Source: an uncultured Cytophagaceae bacterium | GTDB taxonomy: Bacteria > Bacteroidota > Bacteroidia > Cytophagales > Microscillaceae | DNA: 64,000 nucleotides | Direction of reading: 5' to 3' | NCBI GenBank assembly: GCA_964551015.1 | Contig: CAZKBP010000003.1 | Coordinates: forward strand, 85,327-149,326 | Shown here: piece by piece, positions 10,561 through 21,000 of the stretch | Layout of the letters: each line of letters begins with the position of its first letter | How positions within the stretch are numbered: the stretch's first letter is position 1 | Program-made: the position numbers and the translations under genes | The notes under the pieces: generated by a model | Told to the model about the DNA's origin: nothing | Seen by the model: only the letters and a program-made list of their open reading frames with translations | Database searches by the model: none

Positions 10561-10821
10561 TTATGATGACTTTTTGTCCTTTAGCTCTTTACGTGGTTTG
10601 TAGAGAATAGCTGCAAATTGAACCAAAAATCCTAAAAAAACTAGGATTGGCCCCAAAGTAAGCCCCAAAAATCCAAATCCGAAGGTTTCTGTATCCTGAC
10701 TCATCACGGCAAAGCCCACGATCAACAAGGCAATGCCACCTAACATAATCCAGTAATTTTCTTTGGAAAAAGCGAGTTTATCTTTTTGTTCTGACATATT
10801 TTTCGGTCTTAATTCAACCAC
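10561..10821 (-). CDS. Small membrane protein, DUF3098-like (commonly adjacent to uppP in Bacteroidota)
   Basis: 86 aa with two TM helices (WIMLGGIALLIVGFAVM, LGLTLGPILVFLGFLVQFAAIL). The true start may be the internal Met at 10797 (MSEQKDK...). Confidence 0.6.
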   Translation of the reverse strand: MVELRPKNMSEQKDKLAFSKENYWIMLGGIALLIVGFAVMSQDTETFGFGFLGLTLGPILVFLGFLVQFAAILYKPRKELKDKKSS

Positions 10822-11063
10822 AAATCTAGCAAAAGAATCAGGAACTCGCTGTTAAAAAATCATAAATTCCCCACTAAGTCAAGCGAATTTCCCAAAAAAT
10901 GCCTTACCTTAACTAGAGGTAGGCAACTATCTGTGCATGCATGTACGTGAAGATACAATGACTACAAGGTAATTTGGCGAATTTGCCTTGACAAGACACG
11001 AAGTAGGATTTCTTCGTAAAACAAGCGAACCTTTCTTGTGTTTTTACGGATAAAGTTATTAAT

Positions 11064-11660
11064 TTGGATAAAAAAACAACATTCTTCATGGGTTTATTAA
11101 ATAAAATTCTGTTTACTGTAAGGGGCGAACATAAAATATATTTTCATCAAGGACACCAAAGGCTTCAACAAAGAGATTTCGAGGGAGCCATTGAAGCTTT
11201 CAATCAGGCCATTGCCTGCAAACCTCACTACGAAGCTTATCATAATCGAGCAACGGCTCATTACAAACTACAAAACTACCCCGAAGCGATCCGTGATTAT
11301 CACGAAGCTACTAATTTAGACCCAAATACCCCCGAGGCGTATTTGGGTCTGGGCATTGTCTACACGAAAATGGGTCAATACCCCGAAGCGATTGAGAGCT
11401 ACACCCAAGCGATTCGCCTGAATCCTTGCCATACCATGGCTTACACTAACCGAGGCTTTGCCCGGATGAAACTCCATCAATTTGAGGAGGCCATTGCCGA
11501 TTTTGACGAGGCAATTCGTGCTAATCCTTACAACGCGGCCGCTTACAACAACCGAGGAGCCATTTATTTTGAGCTAGGTGAGGAGGCAAAAGCTAATCAG
11601 GATTGGCAAAAAGCCAAAGAGCTGGGACTCGCCAGATCTGAGGTGATGCAAGATTTCTGA
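11064..11660 (+). CDS. Tetratricopeptide repeat (TPR) protein
   Basis: Multiple 34-aa TPR units (AYHNRATAHYKLQNYPEAIRDYHEATNLDPNTPEAYLGLGIVY...). Confidence 0.85.
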   Translation: MDKKTTFFMGLLNKILFTVRGEHKIYFHQGHQRLQQRDFEGAIEAFNQAIACKPHYEAYHNRATAHYKLQNYPEAIRDYHEATNLDPNTPEAYLGLGIVYTKMGQYPEAIESYTQAIRLNPCHTMAYTNRGFARMKLHQFEEAIADFDEAIRANPYNAAAYNNRGAIYFELGEEAKANQDWQKAKELGLARSEVMQDF

Positions 11661-11807
11661 GAAAAACGAGTGATTGAAATCCTATACCGTTTCTATTGAA
11701 GACCGTATTACTTCCCTTCGGAAATGATCGGTCTTATTTTTTAGATCACTAGACATTCTTTCCTATTTTTGCGATTCATTTCATGGTAAAAACAAAAGCG
11801 AATCCAA

Positions 11808-12482
11808 GTGAAAAATACATCTTTGATTATAAATATAGTGCTGGGTCTTGCGGTCTTGATTTTGTACATACTTCATTTTACCGCCAACGGAGCCAGTACG
11901 GCACAGGAAGAACCTACCAAAGTAGCTTCAGAAACCCCTGAAAAAGAAACAAAACCTAAAACTTCTGAAAAACAGAAAGCGAAATCTACTCAAAATAACA
12001 GCGAACTTCGCTTTGCCTATGTCAATTCGGATTCACTCCAATTAAATTATGACTATTACAAAGCCATAGAAAAACAACTGGAAAGCAAACGCCAATACAT
12101 CGAGTCTGACCTCAAACGCCGTCAGGAATCTCTTCAGGGTGAGGCCATGAGTTTTCAGCAATCTATTCAGAATCAGAGCATCACCGAGCAACAAGCCTTA
12201 GAAATGCGTGATAACCTCTTGAAAAAAGAACAAGAATTCATGCAATACGGACAGACCCAAGAAGCCAGCCTGCTCAAAGAAGAACAAAATGCGAACAAAA
12301 AACTTAACGAGAATATCTCCAAATATCTCGCGCAATTTGCTGCGGAAAATGATTATGATTTCATCTTCAGCTATTCCAGTTCGGCCTTAGCCGTGGGCGT
12401 CCTCCACGCAGATGATCGCTATGATATTACCAAAGATGTACTCGAAGGCCTAAACGCCGAGTACCAAGCTGATAAGAAGTGA
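11808..12482 (+). CDS. OmpH/Skp-family periplasmic chaperone
   Basis: N-terminal anchor, long coiled-coil middle and FAYVNSDSL...YDFIFSYSS ends typical of OmpH (Skp). Confidence 0.7.
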   Translation: MKNTSLIINIVLGLAVLILYILHFTANGASTAQEEPTKVASETPEKETKPKTSEKQKAKSTQNNSELRFAYVNSDSLQLNYDYYKAIEKQLESKRQYIESDLKRRQESLQGEAMSFQQSIQNQSITEQQALEMRDNLLKKEQEFMQYGQTQEASLLKEEQNANKKLNENISKYLAQFAAENDYDFIFSYSSSALAVGVLHADDRYDITKDVLEGLNAEYQADKK

Positions 12483-12563
12483 TTTTGAAGCAAAAGGGAA
12501 AATAAATAAGAATTTCTCTTGGTTTGTTGATAAAAAATCTGAATTTTATCCGAAAAAGAAAAC

Positions 12564-13376
12564 ATGAAAGATTTTAAGAACCAAGTAGTTTGGATTACAG
12601 GAGCTTCTTCGGGTATCGGTGAAGCTCTTTGCCAGGCCTTTGCTAAGGAAGGAGCTAAAATTATACTTTCTTCTCGTCGGGAAGCAGAATTGCGAAGAGT
12701 AGCTGAGGCTTGCACAGGTGCGGCCGATACGTTTATCTTACCCTTAGATTTAGCCCAAAGCGATACCCTCCCCGAAAAAGTAAAAGTTGCTCTCGATCAT
12801 TTTGGACACATAGATTTACTTATCAATAATGGCGGAATTAGCCAACGCAGTCTGGCCAAAGATACAAACATGCAGGTCTATCGCCAGATTATGGAAGTGG
12901 ATTACTTTGGTACAGTCGCCTTGACTCAGGCACTTCTTCCGCATATGCTCAAACGAGGCAGTGGACATTTATCCGTAGTAAGTAGCATAGCAGGCAAACT
13001 TGGGGTGCCCCTTCGCACTGCCTATTCAGGAGCCAAATTCGCCGTGAATGGTTATTTCGAGGCGCTACGGGTAGAAACGCTCCAAGCTGGACTCAAAGTA
13101 AGCATTATTTGTCCCGGTTCCATCAATACAAATGTCTCTAAGAATGCCCTGACCGGAGATGGCTCTGCACAGGGAGCCACTGATAACTCCATCGCCAATG
13201 GGGTCGCCCCTGAGGAATGTGCCCGTCAAATCCTCGAGGGCCTCAAAGCCGAAGAATTGGAAATCCTCATTGGTAACGAGATGGAACTGGGTGCTGTCCA
13301 ACTCCGTCAGTCCGACCACAACCAACTCAATCAAATGCTCCAGCAGTATTTACAAGATTACAAATTGCAAGATTAG
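12564..13376 (+). CDS. SDR family oxidoreductase
   Basis: VWITGASSGIGEA, NNGGIS, and catalytic YSGAKFAVNGY. Confidence 0.9.
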   Translation: MKDFKNQVVWITGASSGIGEALCQAFAKEGAKIILSSRREAELRRVAEACTGAADTFILPLDLAQSDTLPEKVKVALDHFGHIDLLINNGGISQRSLAKDTNMQVYRQIMEVDYFGTVALTQALLPHMLKRGSGHLSVVSSIAGKLGVPLRTAYSGAKFAVNGYFEALRVETLQAGLKVSIICPGSINTNVSKNALTGDGSAQGATDNSIANGVAPEECARQILEGLKAEELEILIGNEMELGAVQLRQSDHNQLNQMLQQYLQDYKLQD

Positions 13377-13537
13377 GGATTTAGGAATAGATAGTAATCC
13401 CCATCCATTTCTGTGATGTATACACTTGAATGAGAGTGGACTTTCCGCTGGAATACTCCGAAAGCCCTCTGTGTCTCCGTGTCTCTGTGTTTGAATAAGC
13501 TATCCAGATGTATGCACGGAGAATAAGGATTGATGTA

Positions 13538-13566
13538 AGACTCGATGCTAAATTTGCATCGAGTCT
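13538..13566. terminator. Perfect hairpin (11-bp stem AGACTCGATGC / GCATCGAGTCT, 7-nt loop) between convergent genes, a putative bidirectional terminator
   Basis: Seen directly in the sequence between the SDR gene (ends 13376, +) and pruA (ends 13599, -). Confidence 0.5.
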
Positions 13567-13598
13567 ACTCCTCTCCGAATCTTTAATCTTCCTAGCAA

Positions 13599-15224
13599 TT
13601 ATCCTAAAAAAGGATAACGAAAATCTGTAGGCGGTACAAATGTCTCCTTGATGGTGCGCGGACTCACCCAGCGTAATAGATTGAGCATGGAACCTGCTTT
13701 ATCATTTGTGCCTGAGGCTCTGGCTCCGCCAAAAGGCTGCTGACCGACCACGGCTCCCGTGGGTTTATCATTGATGTAGAAATTACCTGCCGCTTGGCTA
13801 AGCTTGTTCGTGGCCAGATTAATGGCATAACGATCTTGAGCAAATATGGCTCCCGTCAAAGCATAAGGAGAGGTCTGATCTAGTAATTCTAAGGTCTGCT
13901 CGAAATTTTCCTCGTGATACACATAGACCGTGAGCACGGGGCCAAAGATTTCCTCGACCATCGTGGTGGATTGCGGGTCTTTGCTTTCTAAAATAGTAGG
14001 CTCGATAAAATAACCCTTGGATTTGTCATAATTTCCACCAGCGATCACTTCTACTCCGGGCGTTTCCTTGGCCTGATCGATGTAGCGGGCGATTTTGTCA
14101 AAAGCACGCTCATCAATGACGGCATTCACAAAGTTGCTAAAATCTTCGGTACCGCCCATTTTGATATGCTTCAAATCCTCGAGCATGTGGTTTTTGACCT
14201 GTTCCCAGAGATTAGAAGGCAGGTAAGCGCGAGAAGCGGCTGAGCATTTTTGTCCTTGAAATTCAAAAGCACCCCGAATCAAGCCCGTGGCGAGTGCCTT
14301 GGCATCGGCAGATTTGTGCGCGATCACGAAGTCCTTCCCTCCCGTTTCGCCCACGATGCGGGGATAGCCTTTGTACTTATCAATATTTTCTCCAATGGTG
14401 CGCCACAACTGCTTGAATACACCCGTACTGCCCGTAAAGTGCAATCCCGCAAAATCAGGATGCTCGAAGACGATTTTTCCTACCTCGGGACCATCTACAT
14501 AAATCAAATTAATCACGCCGTCGGGTAGCCCTGCTTCTCGGAGAATTTCCATGAAAACCCTGGCCGAGTAAATCTGTGTGTAAGCTGGTTTCCAAATCAC
14601 GGTATTGCCCATCAAAGCTGGAGCTGTGGGTAAATTCCCTCCAATAGCGGTGAAATTAAAAGGCGTAATGGCTAAAAGAAATCCTTCCAAGGGGCGGTAC
14701 TCCAAGCGATTCCACACGCCGGGAGAAGATTCAGGCTGCTCGGCATAGATTTCTGAAAGATAATAAGCATTAAAGCGCAGGAAGTCAATCAGTTCACAGG
14801 CCGCGTCGATCTCTGCTTGGAAAGCATTCTTGGATTGACCGAGCATGGTCGCGGCGTTTATTTTAGCCCGATAAGGCCCGGCGATGAGGTCAGCCGCTTT
14901 GAGGAAAATACTCGCGCGTTGCTCCCAAGGCAAGTTTGCCCATTCCTCTTTTACACTCAGGCAGGCATTGATGGCTTGGTGGACGTGGGTTTCGTCGCCC
15001 TCGTAAAAATAGCCCAAAGTATGTTGGTGGTCGTGAGGCGGAGCGAGGCGCATTTTTTGGTCGCCCATCACTTCTTCATTGCCGATGTACATCGGGATAT
15101 CGATTTCCTGTGAGCGCATCTCCGCGAGCGTGGCTTGGAGCATTTCTCTCTCGGGTGAGCCGGGGGCATAGCTTAGGATTGGTTCATTTTCGGGTATTGG
15201 TATCTGAAAAAATGCGTTTGCCAT
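13599..15224 (-). CDS. pruA: L-glutamate gamma-semialdehyde (1-pyrroline-5-carboxylate) dehydrogenase
   Basis: 541-aa aldehyde dehydrogenase. N-terminus MANAFFQIPIPENEPILSYAPGSPER, FTGSTGVFK and EIFGPVL are typical of ALDH4/RocA/PruA. Confidence 0.85.
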   Translation of the reverse strand: MANAFFQIPIPENEPILSYAPGSPEREMLQATLAEMRSQEIDIPMYIGNEEVMGDQKMRLAPPHDHQHTLGYFYEGDETHVHQAINACLSVKEEWANLPWEQRASIFLKAADLIAGPYRAKINAATMLGQSKNAFQAEIDAACELIDFLRFNAYYLSEIYAEQPESSPGVWNRLEYRPLEGFLLAITPFNFTAIGGNLPTAPALMGNTVIWKPAYTQIYSARVFMEILREAGLPDGVINLIYVDGPEVGKIVFEHPDFAGLHFTGSTGVFKQLWRTIGENIDKYKGYPRIVGETGGKDFVIAHKSADAKALATGLIRGAFEFQGQKCSAASRAYLPSNLWEQVKNHMLEDLKHIKMGGTEDFSNFVNAVIDERAFDKIARYIDQAKETPGVEVIAGGNYDKSKGYFIEPTILESKDPQSTTMVEEIFGPVLTVYVYHEENFEQTLELLDQTSPYALTGAIFAQDRYAINLATNKLSQAAGNFYINDKPTGAVVGQQPFGGARASGTNDKAGSMLNLLRWVSPRTIKETFVPPTDFRYPFLG

Positions 15225-15410
15225 TGTTTTTATAGATTAAATGATATTCGGTTCAAAAATAATGATGCAAAAATGCGTAATTAAAAAGAGGATTGAAAAT
15301 TTGGGAGATTTAGAGCAGATAGAATTTAGCAGGGAATATTTATTTTTGGGTGAAATGTGTTGAGAAAAGTCTTATTAACAAAGTTTAATTTTTAAGCAAA
15401 ATTTGGTAGA

Positions 15411-16247
15411 TTGCAAAAAAAAGAAATCAGTAACTCAAAACAACCCTTATCCGAGGTATTTGGCTTTCCTATTTCTAACGATTCAGAGGAAGTAAAGAAA
15501 AGTAGGCAAAAAAGATTATGTCCTTTTAATCGTACTTCCAATATCTGTACTAAAGACAAAGCAGAAAGTCCGTTGGGAGTCTGTAGTATCTATTATTCAG
15601 ACAAACCTGTAATTAATTGTCCTATCAGGTTTCAAGAAGGAGATTTGATATTCAGGAAAGCAGCAGATTTTTTCTTTGAACAAGATGAAGGATGGGATAT
15701 TTTGTCAGAAATCAGATTAAAAGACAAGGACGGTAAAACGGCTGGAAATATTGACTACGTGTTAGTTTTGAGGGATAAGAATGGAAAGCTTATAGATTTT
15801 GCTTCCTTAGAAATCCAATCTGTTTATATTACAGGCAATTTAAGGAAGCCCTTTGAAAAGTATATAGAACAGCAGAACCCTGCCTTTGAATGGAACGAAA
15901 GGTATAATTATCCTAAACCTGACTATCTTTCCTCTTCTCGTAAGAGGCTGATTCCACAAATGTTGCAAAAAGGAGGTATTTTTAAAAACTGGAAAAAAAA
16001 GCAGGCAGTTGCTTTACAAAAATCTTTCTATGAAACTTTACCAGCCTTACCCGAAGTAGCAGCAAACCAAGCGGACATTGCTTGGTTTTTGTATGATTTA
16101 TCTTTCAACGAAAAAATCCAGAGGTACGATCTCAAATGGCAGCATACGATCTACACACGATTTGAGGAATCTTTATTAAGAATAACCACACCTTTGCCCG
16201 GGAAGATAGAAGATTTTGTAGCCTTGCTCGAGAAGAAACTTACCTAA
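15411..16247 (+). CDS. Type II restriction endonuclease, NotI-family-like (Cys4 metal-binding N-terminal module)
   Basis: Motifs CPF-x8-C-x11-C-x11-CP and LEIQSV resemble the NotI Fe-Cys4 cluster and catalytic E-x-Q strand, recalled from memory. It sits 15 bp upstream of a Dam-family MTase and is AT-rich relative to flanks. Confidence 0.55.
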   Translation: MQKKEISNSKQPLSEVFGFPISNDSEEVKKSRQKRLCPFNRTSNICTKDKAESPLGVCSIYYSDKPVINCPIRFQEGDLIFRKAADFFFEQDEGWDILSEIRLKDKDGKTAGNIDYVLVLRDKNGKLIDFASLEIQSVYITGNLRKPFEKYIEQQNPAFEWNERYNYPKPDYLSSSRKRLIPQMLQKGGIFKNWKKKQAVALQKSFYETLPALPEVAANQADIAWFLYDLSFNEKIQRYDLKWQHTIYTRFEESLLRITTPLPGKIEDFVALLEKKLT

Positions 16248-16262
16248 GTAAACAACATAGTA

Positions 16263-17153
16263 TTGATGACTCAACAACTTGAAATATTCCCTTCGGAGAA
16301 CCCCAATTCTCAGAAAGAAAATAGTAAAAAAGTAGTTAATGTAGCCTCTGTTCCTCAGCGGAGTCCCTTCCGTTATCCAGGAGGAAAGACTTGGTTTGTT
16401 CCTTTTTTCAGGCAGTGGATGAGCCAATTCCAAGCTCAGGAAATACAATTGATAGAGCCATTTGCTGGAGGGGGAATCGTAAGCTTAACCACAGCTTTTG
16501 AAAATTTAGCCAAACAGATCATCATGGCAGAACTAGACGAAGAGGTAGCAGCAGTCTGGCAGACTATCTTAAGCGAAGAAAACGAGTGGTTAGCAAAAGC
16601 GATTTATCACTTCGAACTCAATCTGGCAAACGTCCAATCTGAGCTAGCCAAGCCCAATAAATCTGTAAAAGAAAAAGCCTTCTGTACCATTCTCAAAAAC
16701 CGGATTCTACACGGGGGGATTCTAGCAAAAGGCTCGGGTCTTATCAAAAAAGGAGAAAATGGGAAAGGGCTTTCTTCTCGTTGGTATCCCAAGACATTGA
16801 GAGACCGTATTCTGGCGATCAATCAGGTCCATCATAAGATGGAGTTTACTAAGGCAGATGCCTTTGATGTCATTGTACAACACAGAGATAACCTTCAAGC
16901 TGTTTTCTTTATCGATCCCCCTTACACCGTAGCAGGCCGAAGATTATATACACACTTCGAGATTGACCATGAGAAGCTCTTCCGAGCCCTGCGTCAAATC
17001 GAAGGATATTTCCTAATGACCTATGATGATACCGAGGAAGTAAGAGCTTGGGCCGAAAAATACGAATTTCCCTATCAATCTATCCCCATGAAAACTACAC
17101 ATCATCGCCAGAAGTACGAATTGGTTATTTCAAACAAATTCACTACAAATTGA
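16263..17153 (+). CDS. DNA N6-adenine methyltransferase, Dam/D12 class
   Basis: SPFRYPGGKTWFVPFF (Dam FxGxG/AdoMet motif), IEPFAGGGIVSL, and FFIDPPYTVA (DPPY catalytic motif IV), in the Dam-family order. Confidence 0.85.
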   Translation: MMTQQLEIFPSENPNSQKENSKKVVNVASVPQRSPFRYPGGKTWFVPFFRQWMSQFQAQEIQLIEPFAGGGIVSLTTAFENLAKQIIMAELDEEVAAVWQTILSEENEWLAKAIYHFELNLANVQSELAKPNKSVKEKAFCTILKNRILHGGILAKGSGLIKKGENGKGLSSRWYPKTLRDRILAINQVHHKMEFTKADAFDVIVQHRDNLQAVFFIDPPYTVAGRRLYTHFEIDHEKLFRALRQIEGYFLMTYDDTEEVRAWAEKYEFPYQSIPMKTTHHRQKYELVISNKFTTN

Positions 17154-17314
17154 GCCACGGCGATTATAACCACCACCACAAAATAAAATCCCTCCCTAAA
17201 CGACTTTATCCAACAAAACCTTTATTAAATTTTTCGACCAAAAACAAGGAATTGCGCAAATATTTGAGTACCTTGCATAACCAAGTATCAATATCAAATC
17301 TAATCAAAAACAAC

Positions 17315-17959
17315 ATGAGCAAAAGATCTGTAATGGCCGACGATGTAATTGACAGTCACGTACTGTGGGCCATGGGGGCAGGGGCGATTCCGCTTCCTTT
17401 CATTGATGCCGCCGCGGTTACGGCCATTCAATTGAATATGTTCAAGGAGCTATGTATGATCTATCAGGTAGATTATAATGAGTCTTTCGCTAAGAATTTA
17501 ATCAGCTCCATCGCGGGGGCTTCTTTAGCCAAGATTGGTGCAAGTTTTATCAAAGCTATCCCCGGCGTGGGAAGTTTGTTGGGAGGTGTACCCATGGTGG
17601 TACTTTCGGGTGCTTCTACCTACGGGATGGGTCAGGTATTTAAACAACACCTAGAGATTGGAGGGATGATGTCTACCTTTAGCTTCGATAATGCCCAAAA
17701 AATATACAACGAAGCCTACGAGCGAGGCAAAGAATATGTAGATGATCTCCGTCGTCGTACCATGGGCGAGGAACCCAAAAAGGAGCCTGCCACTGAGAAC
17801 GGAAATGCAGGTGGAACCCAAACAAAAGCCCAAACCGCTACCACCAACGGCACAGACATCGTTGAGAAATTACGCACCCTCAAAGACCTCAAAGACCAAG
17901 GCTTGCTGACCGATGAAGAGTACCAAGCCAAAAAATCCAAATTGTTGGATGAATTATAG
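17315..17959 (+). CDS. DUF697/EcsC-like domain protein with C-terminal SHOCT domain
   Basis: Gly/Ala-rich HVLWAMGAGAIPLPFIDAAAVTAIQLNMFKELCMIYQ block. C-terminus IVEKLRTLKDLKDQGLLTDEEYQAKKSKLLDEL matches the SHOCT signature. Start is taken at the internal ATG (MSKRSVM). The track extension overlaps the MTase gene. Confidence 0.5.
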   Translation: MSKRSVMADDVIDSHVLWAMGAGAIPLPFIDAAAVTAIQLNMFKELCMIYQVDYNESFAKNLISSIAGASLAKIGASFIKAIPGVGSLLGGVPMVVLSGASTYGMGQVFKQHLEIGGMMSTFSFDNAQKIYNEAYERGKEYVDDLRRRTMGEEPKKEPATENGNAGGTQTKAQTATTNGTDIVEKLRTLKDLKDQGLLTDEEYQAKKSKLLDEL

Positions 17960-18094
17960 AATTATAGAGAGAGTATTCAGGAGCTGGGAGAGGTCTGTTG
18001 TCTTCTCCTGACTCCTATCTCCTCATCTAACTCCTAGCTTCTCCCTTCCTCCATTTTCCTAAAATATTCTGTATCTTTACCCAAAAAAGACTGC

Positions 18095-21000
18095 ATGCTA
18101 GGGAATATTATCGCTAAAATACTAGCGGGCTCGGTAGTAGGATACGTAACCAATTATCTGGCGATTCAAATGCTGTTTAAAGAGTATTTGAAAATTCGCT
18201 GGAAACGCCCTAAGATTCGCTTTGGCCTCGGTGGTGTCATCGTCAAAGAACGCAAGGAGTTCGAGGCACAAATCTCTCGCTTAGTCGAGAGCGACGTGAT
18301 TCACCACCAAGCTGTGGAGGCCGAACTCAAAAAAGCCAATTTCGAGCAGGCTCTGCAACAAATCCTGCAAAATCTCTTTCAAAAGCAACTGCCTCAGGTC
18401 GTTTCGTCTGATTTGAAGTTACAAGATATTCCCTGCTTGGAAAGTTCTTTTCAGCAAGTCAAAACCCGTTTGGTTCACTCGCTTGAACAGTCATCTCATC
18501 GTTTTTATAAGCCTGTACTGGCGCAGAGTCCTGTATTGGATATGCTCTCTGATCCACAGATTGAGTACATGGCAGGGCAAACGACGCAGCTACTCCAGAA
18601 CTTCCTCGAAGAAGAACCACTGATAGATCAACTTTTTCAAGGTTGGTTACGAGATTTGAGTCAGCATCGCTTTTCTGATTTTATGCCTGCTTCCCTCTGG
18701 CAGAGTTTGGGTCAAAATATAGATACATTTAGTGAGAATTTGCATCAATCTCTCAGGTACAATTATGCCCCGCAGATTGATGACGTTTTAGAAAAATCGC
18801 AGGAATCTCTGGCGACAGCCCAATTGATTCAAAAACTCTCTCATCAAGTGGCCGACCGTAAGCTCTACGAAATTTTTTCACAAGAAAATGTAGATAACGT
18901 ACCCAAGGCTATTTTGGGCAATATCCAAAATTTGTTTCAATCTGATGTCAGTGAAGATATTATCCAAACTTTGCTTCGGTTCTTGCTCAATGTGCTCAAA
19001 GAAGAAAATGCCACGGTCTATGAGCTACTTTCGGATGATCTGAAGCAAAACTTTGAGCGCTTCTTAGAAAATAAGCTTCCCGATATACTCGCTACTCTGA
19101 TTCCTTGGATTAGGCAAAAAAAGAAACGTCTAGAGCAGCTCATTCAGGATAGCTTCCGCGAAAACACTTCTTCCATCGGGCAATTGCTTGTCGCTATATT
19201 TATCGGGAATATTGGAAAATATATCGGGATTGAGCAGAAACTAATTGACCTAATCGAAAAGCAAGATGTGCAAGAATTGGCTAAGAAAGCTTCTGATTAC
19301 TTGCAGGAATATTTACGGAAAAATACCATCGGTGATCTGATTAAACGCTTCCAAGAAGATCGGATTCTACAAACCCTGACGCCCGTTTTACAACAAAATA
19401 TTGAAAAGGCCATTCAAAACCTTCGCTTGGACGGTACCATTCATAATCTCTTTGACAAACCCGTGCGCACTTGGTTTTCAGAAGAGCGAATCGCGCAGGC
19501 TCTGAATCATTTGTTGGATCAAGCCTTGCATCGCCATCTTAAAGAAAACTGGATTTTTACCGAAAAATCCACACGGTTTTTTCAAGAAAAACTCCGCAAC
19601 CGTTGGGAAGATTTACTGAATACGCCGCTCCAAAAATGGCTGCCCGCTGATAAACAAGCAAAAATGAGCGAGAATTTATTAGCAGAAATTCAAACCTACC
19701 TGCTTGGAAATCAAGAAGAAATTCAACGTTTTTTTGCCCGAACCCTAGAAAAATATCTCCAAGAAAAGCACTGGGATACGCTGATCCGACCCGATAGTGA
19801 GCAACTGAAAAATTTAGTGCAAACGGGACTTGAGCAGCTTTTAGATCGGCAATTTGCTCGGGTCAAAGAGAAACCTTTGCACGATTACATTCAGCAGGTA
19901 AATCAAATTCCGGGTTTAGATGAGCAATTGAGCCGATCCATTAAAGCGTATTTGCTCGAGCATTTACCCCAATTGATGGAAGGACGCATCGAGCAATTGG
20001 TCAAAGAAAATTTAGCCAAGCAGCCCGACACGCGTCTACGGGATATGGTACACAAGGCCATGGGAGAAGAGCTAAGGCCATTGAGTTTTTTTGGTGGTTT
20101 TCTGGGTACAATTACGGGTGCTTTGCTCTTGGGCATACCCGAAATGGACGCGGCGGCGGCTACCTTGGCCGTGTCGGGAATCGCCTATGGCATCACGGGC
20201 TGGGGAACCAACTGGCTGGCTATCAAGATGCTGTTTCGACCTTATAATCCAGTCAAAATTTTTGGCACCAAGCAAAATCTGCCTTTCACCCCCGGCGTGG
20301 TAGCCAAGCATAAAGCGCGCTTTGCTAAGAGTATGGGGCGGTTTTTGGGAGATCGCTTACTGAATCAGGAAAATCTCCAAGAAAATTTCGCAAAAAATCA
20401 ACCCAAACTCGAGCAAGGCTTCCGAGAGCTATTTTCCAAAGATGATTATGCTTTTATCCAAAAAAATCTGAGCCAGAATCAGGAGAAATTAGCCCAACAG
20501 CTCACCGAAAGTTTATGCAAATACCTAGATCAAAACTCCGCCCAACTTGCCCAAAACTTAGCTCAGGGAATCGAGGAATATCAAGGCCAAGATTTGCGTA
20601 AGCTAGATAGTAGTCGCTTGGAAAAACGACTGCTAGATTATCTGGATTCTCAGGAAGTTAGAGTCAATTTAGCGAATTTTCTTTCAGAGCAAATTCAGAA
20701 AGCCCGACAAAGCAAGCAATCACTTCAAGAGGTGCTACCCAAGCAACTATTGGAAAATATTTCCCAGAGCTTGACCAAACTGGTGGAGCAGGAAATTATT
20801 CGCCTCGAAGATCGCCTCGAGAATCAGGACATCCTAGAACTACTAGACTCACAGATATTGGAAGAGCGTATCGCGGGTTTTCTTGAAAATAATTTGGAAG
20901 AAATCCTGAACCGAGAACAGGAAGATAAGCTCAAAGAGCAGATTTTTGATTTCTTGAAAAATCGGGTTACCAGCGATGATGTCAAAAAACGGATTTATGG

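Noticed and set aside
17048-17314. Track ORF extension upstream of the SHOCT protein (MGRKIRISLSIYPHENY...)
   Set aside because: It overlaps the 3' end of the methyltransferase gene in another frame. The His/Lys-rich low-complexity text is not protein-like. The internal ATG at 17315 was chosen.
19903-20311. Several 70-80-aa ORFs on both strands inside the giant DUF445 gene
   Set aside because: They are embedded in a continuous 1383-codon ORF with family motifs, so they are artefacts.
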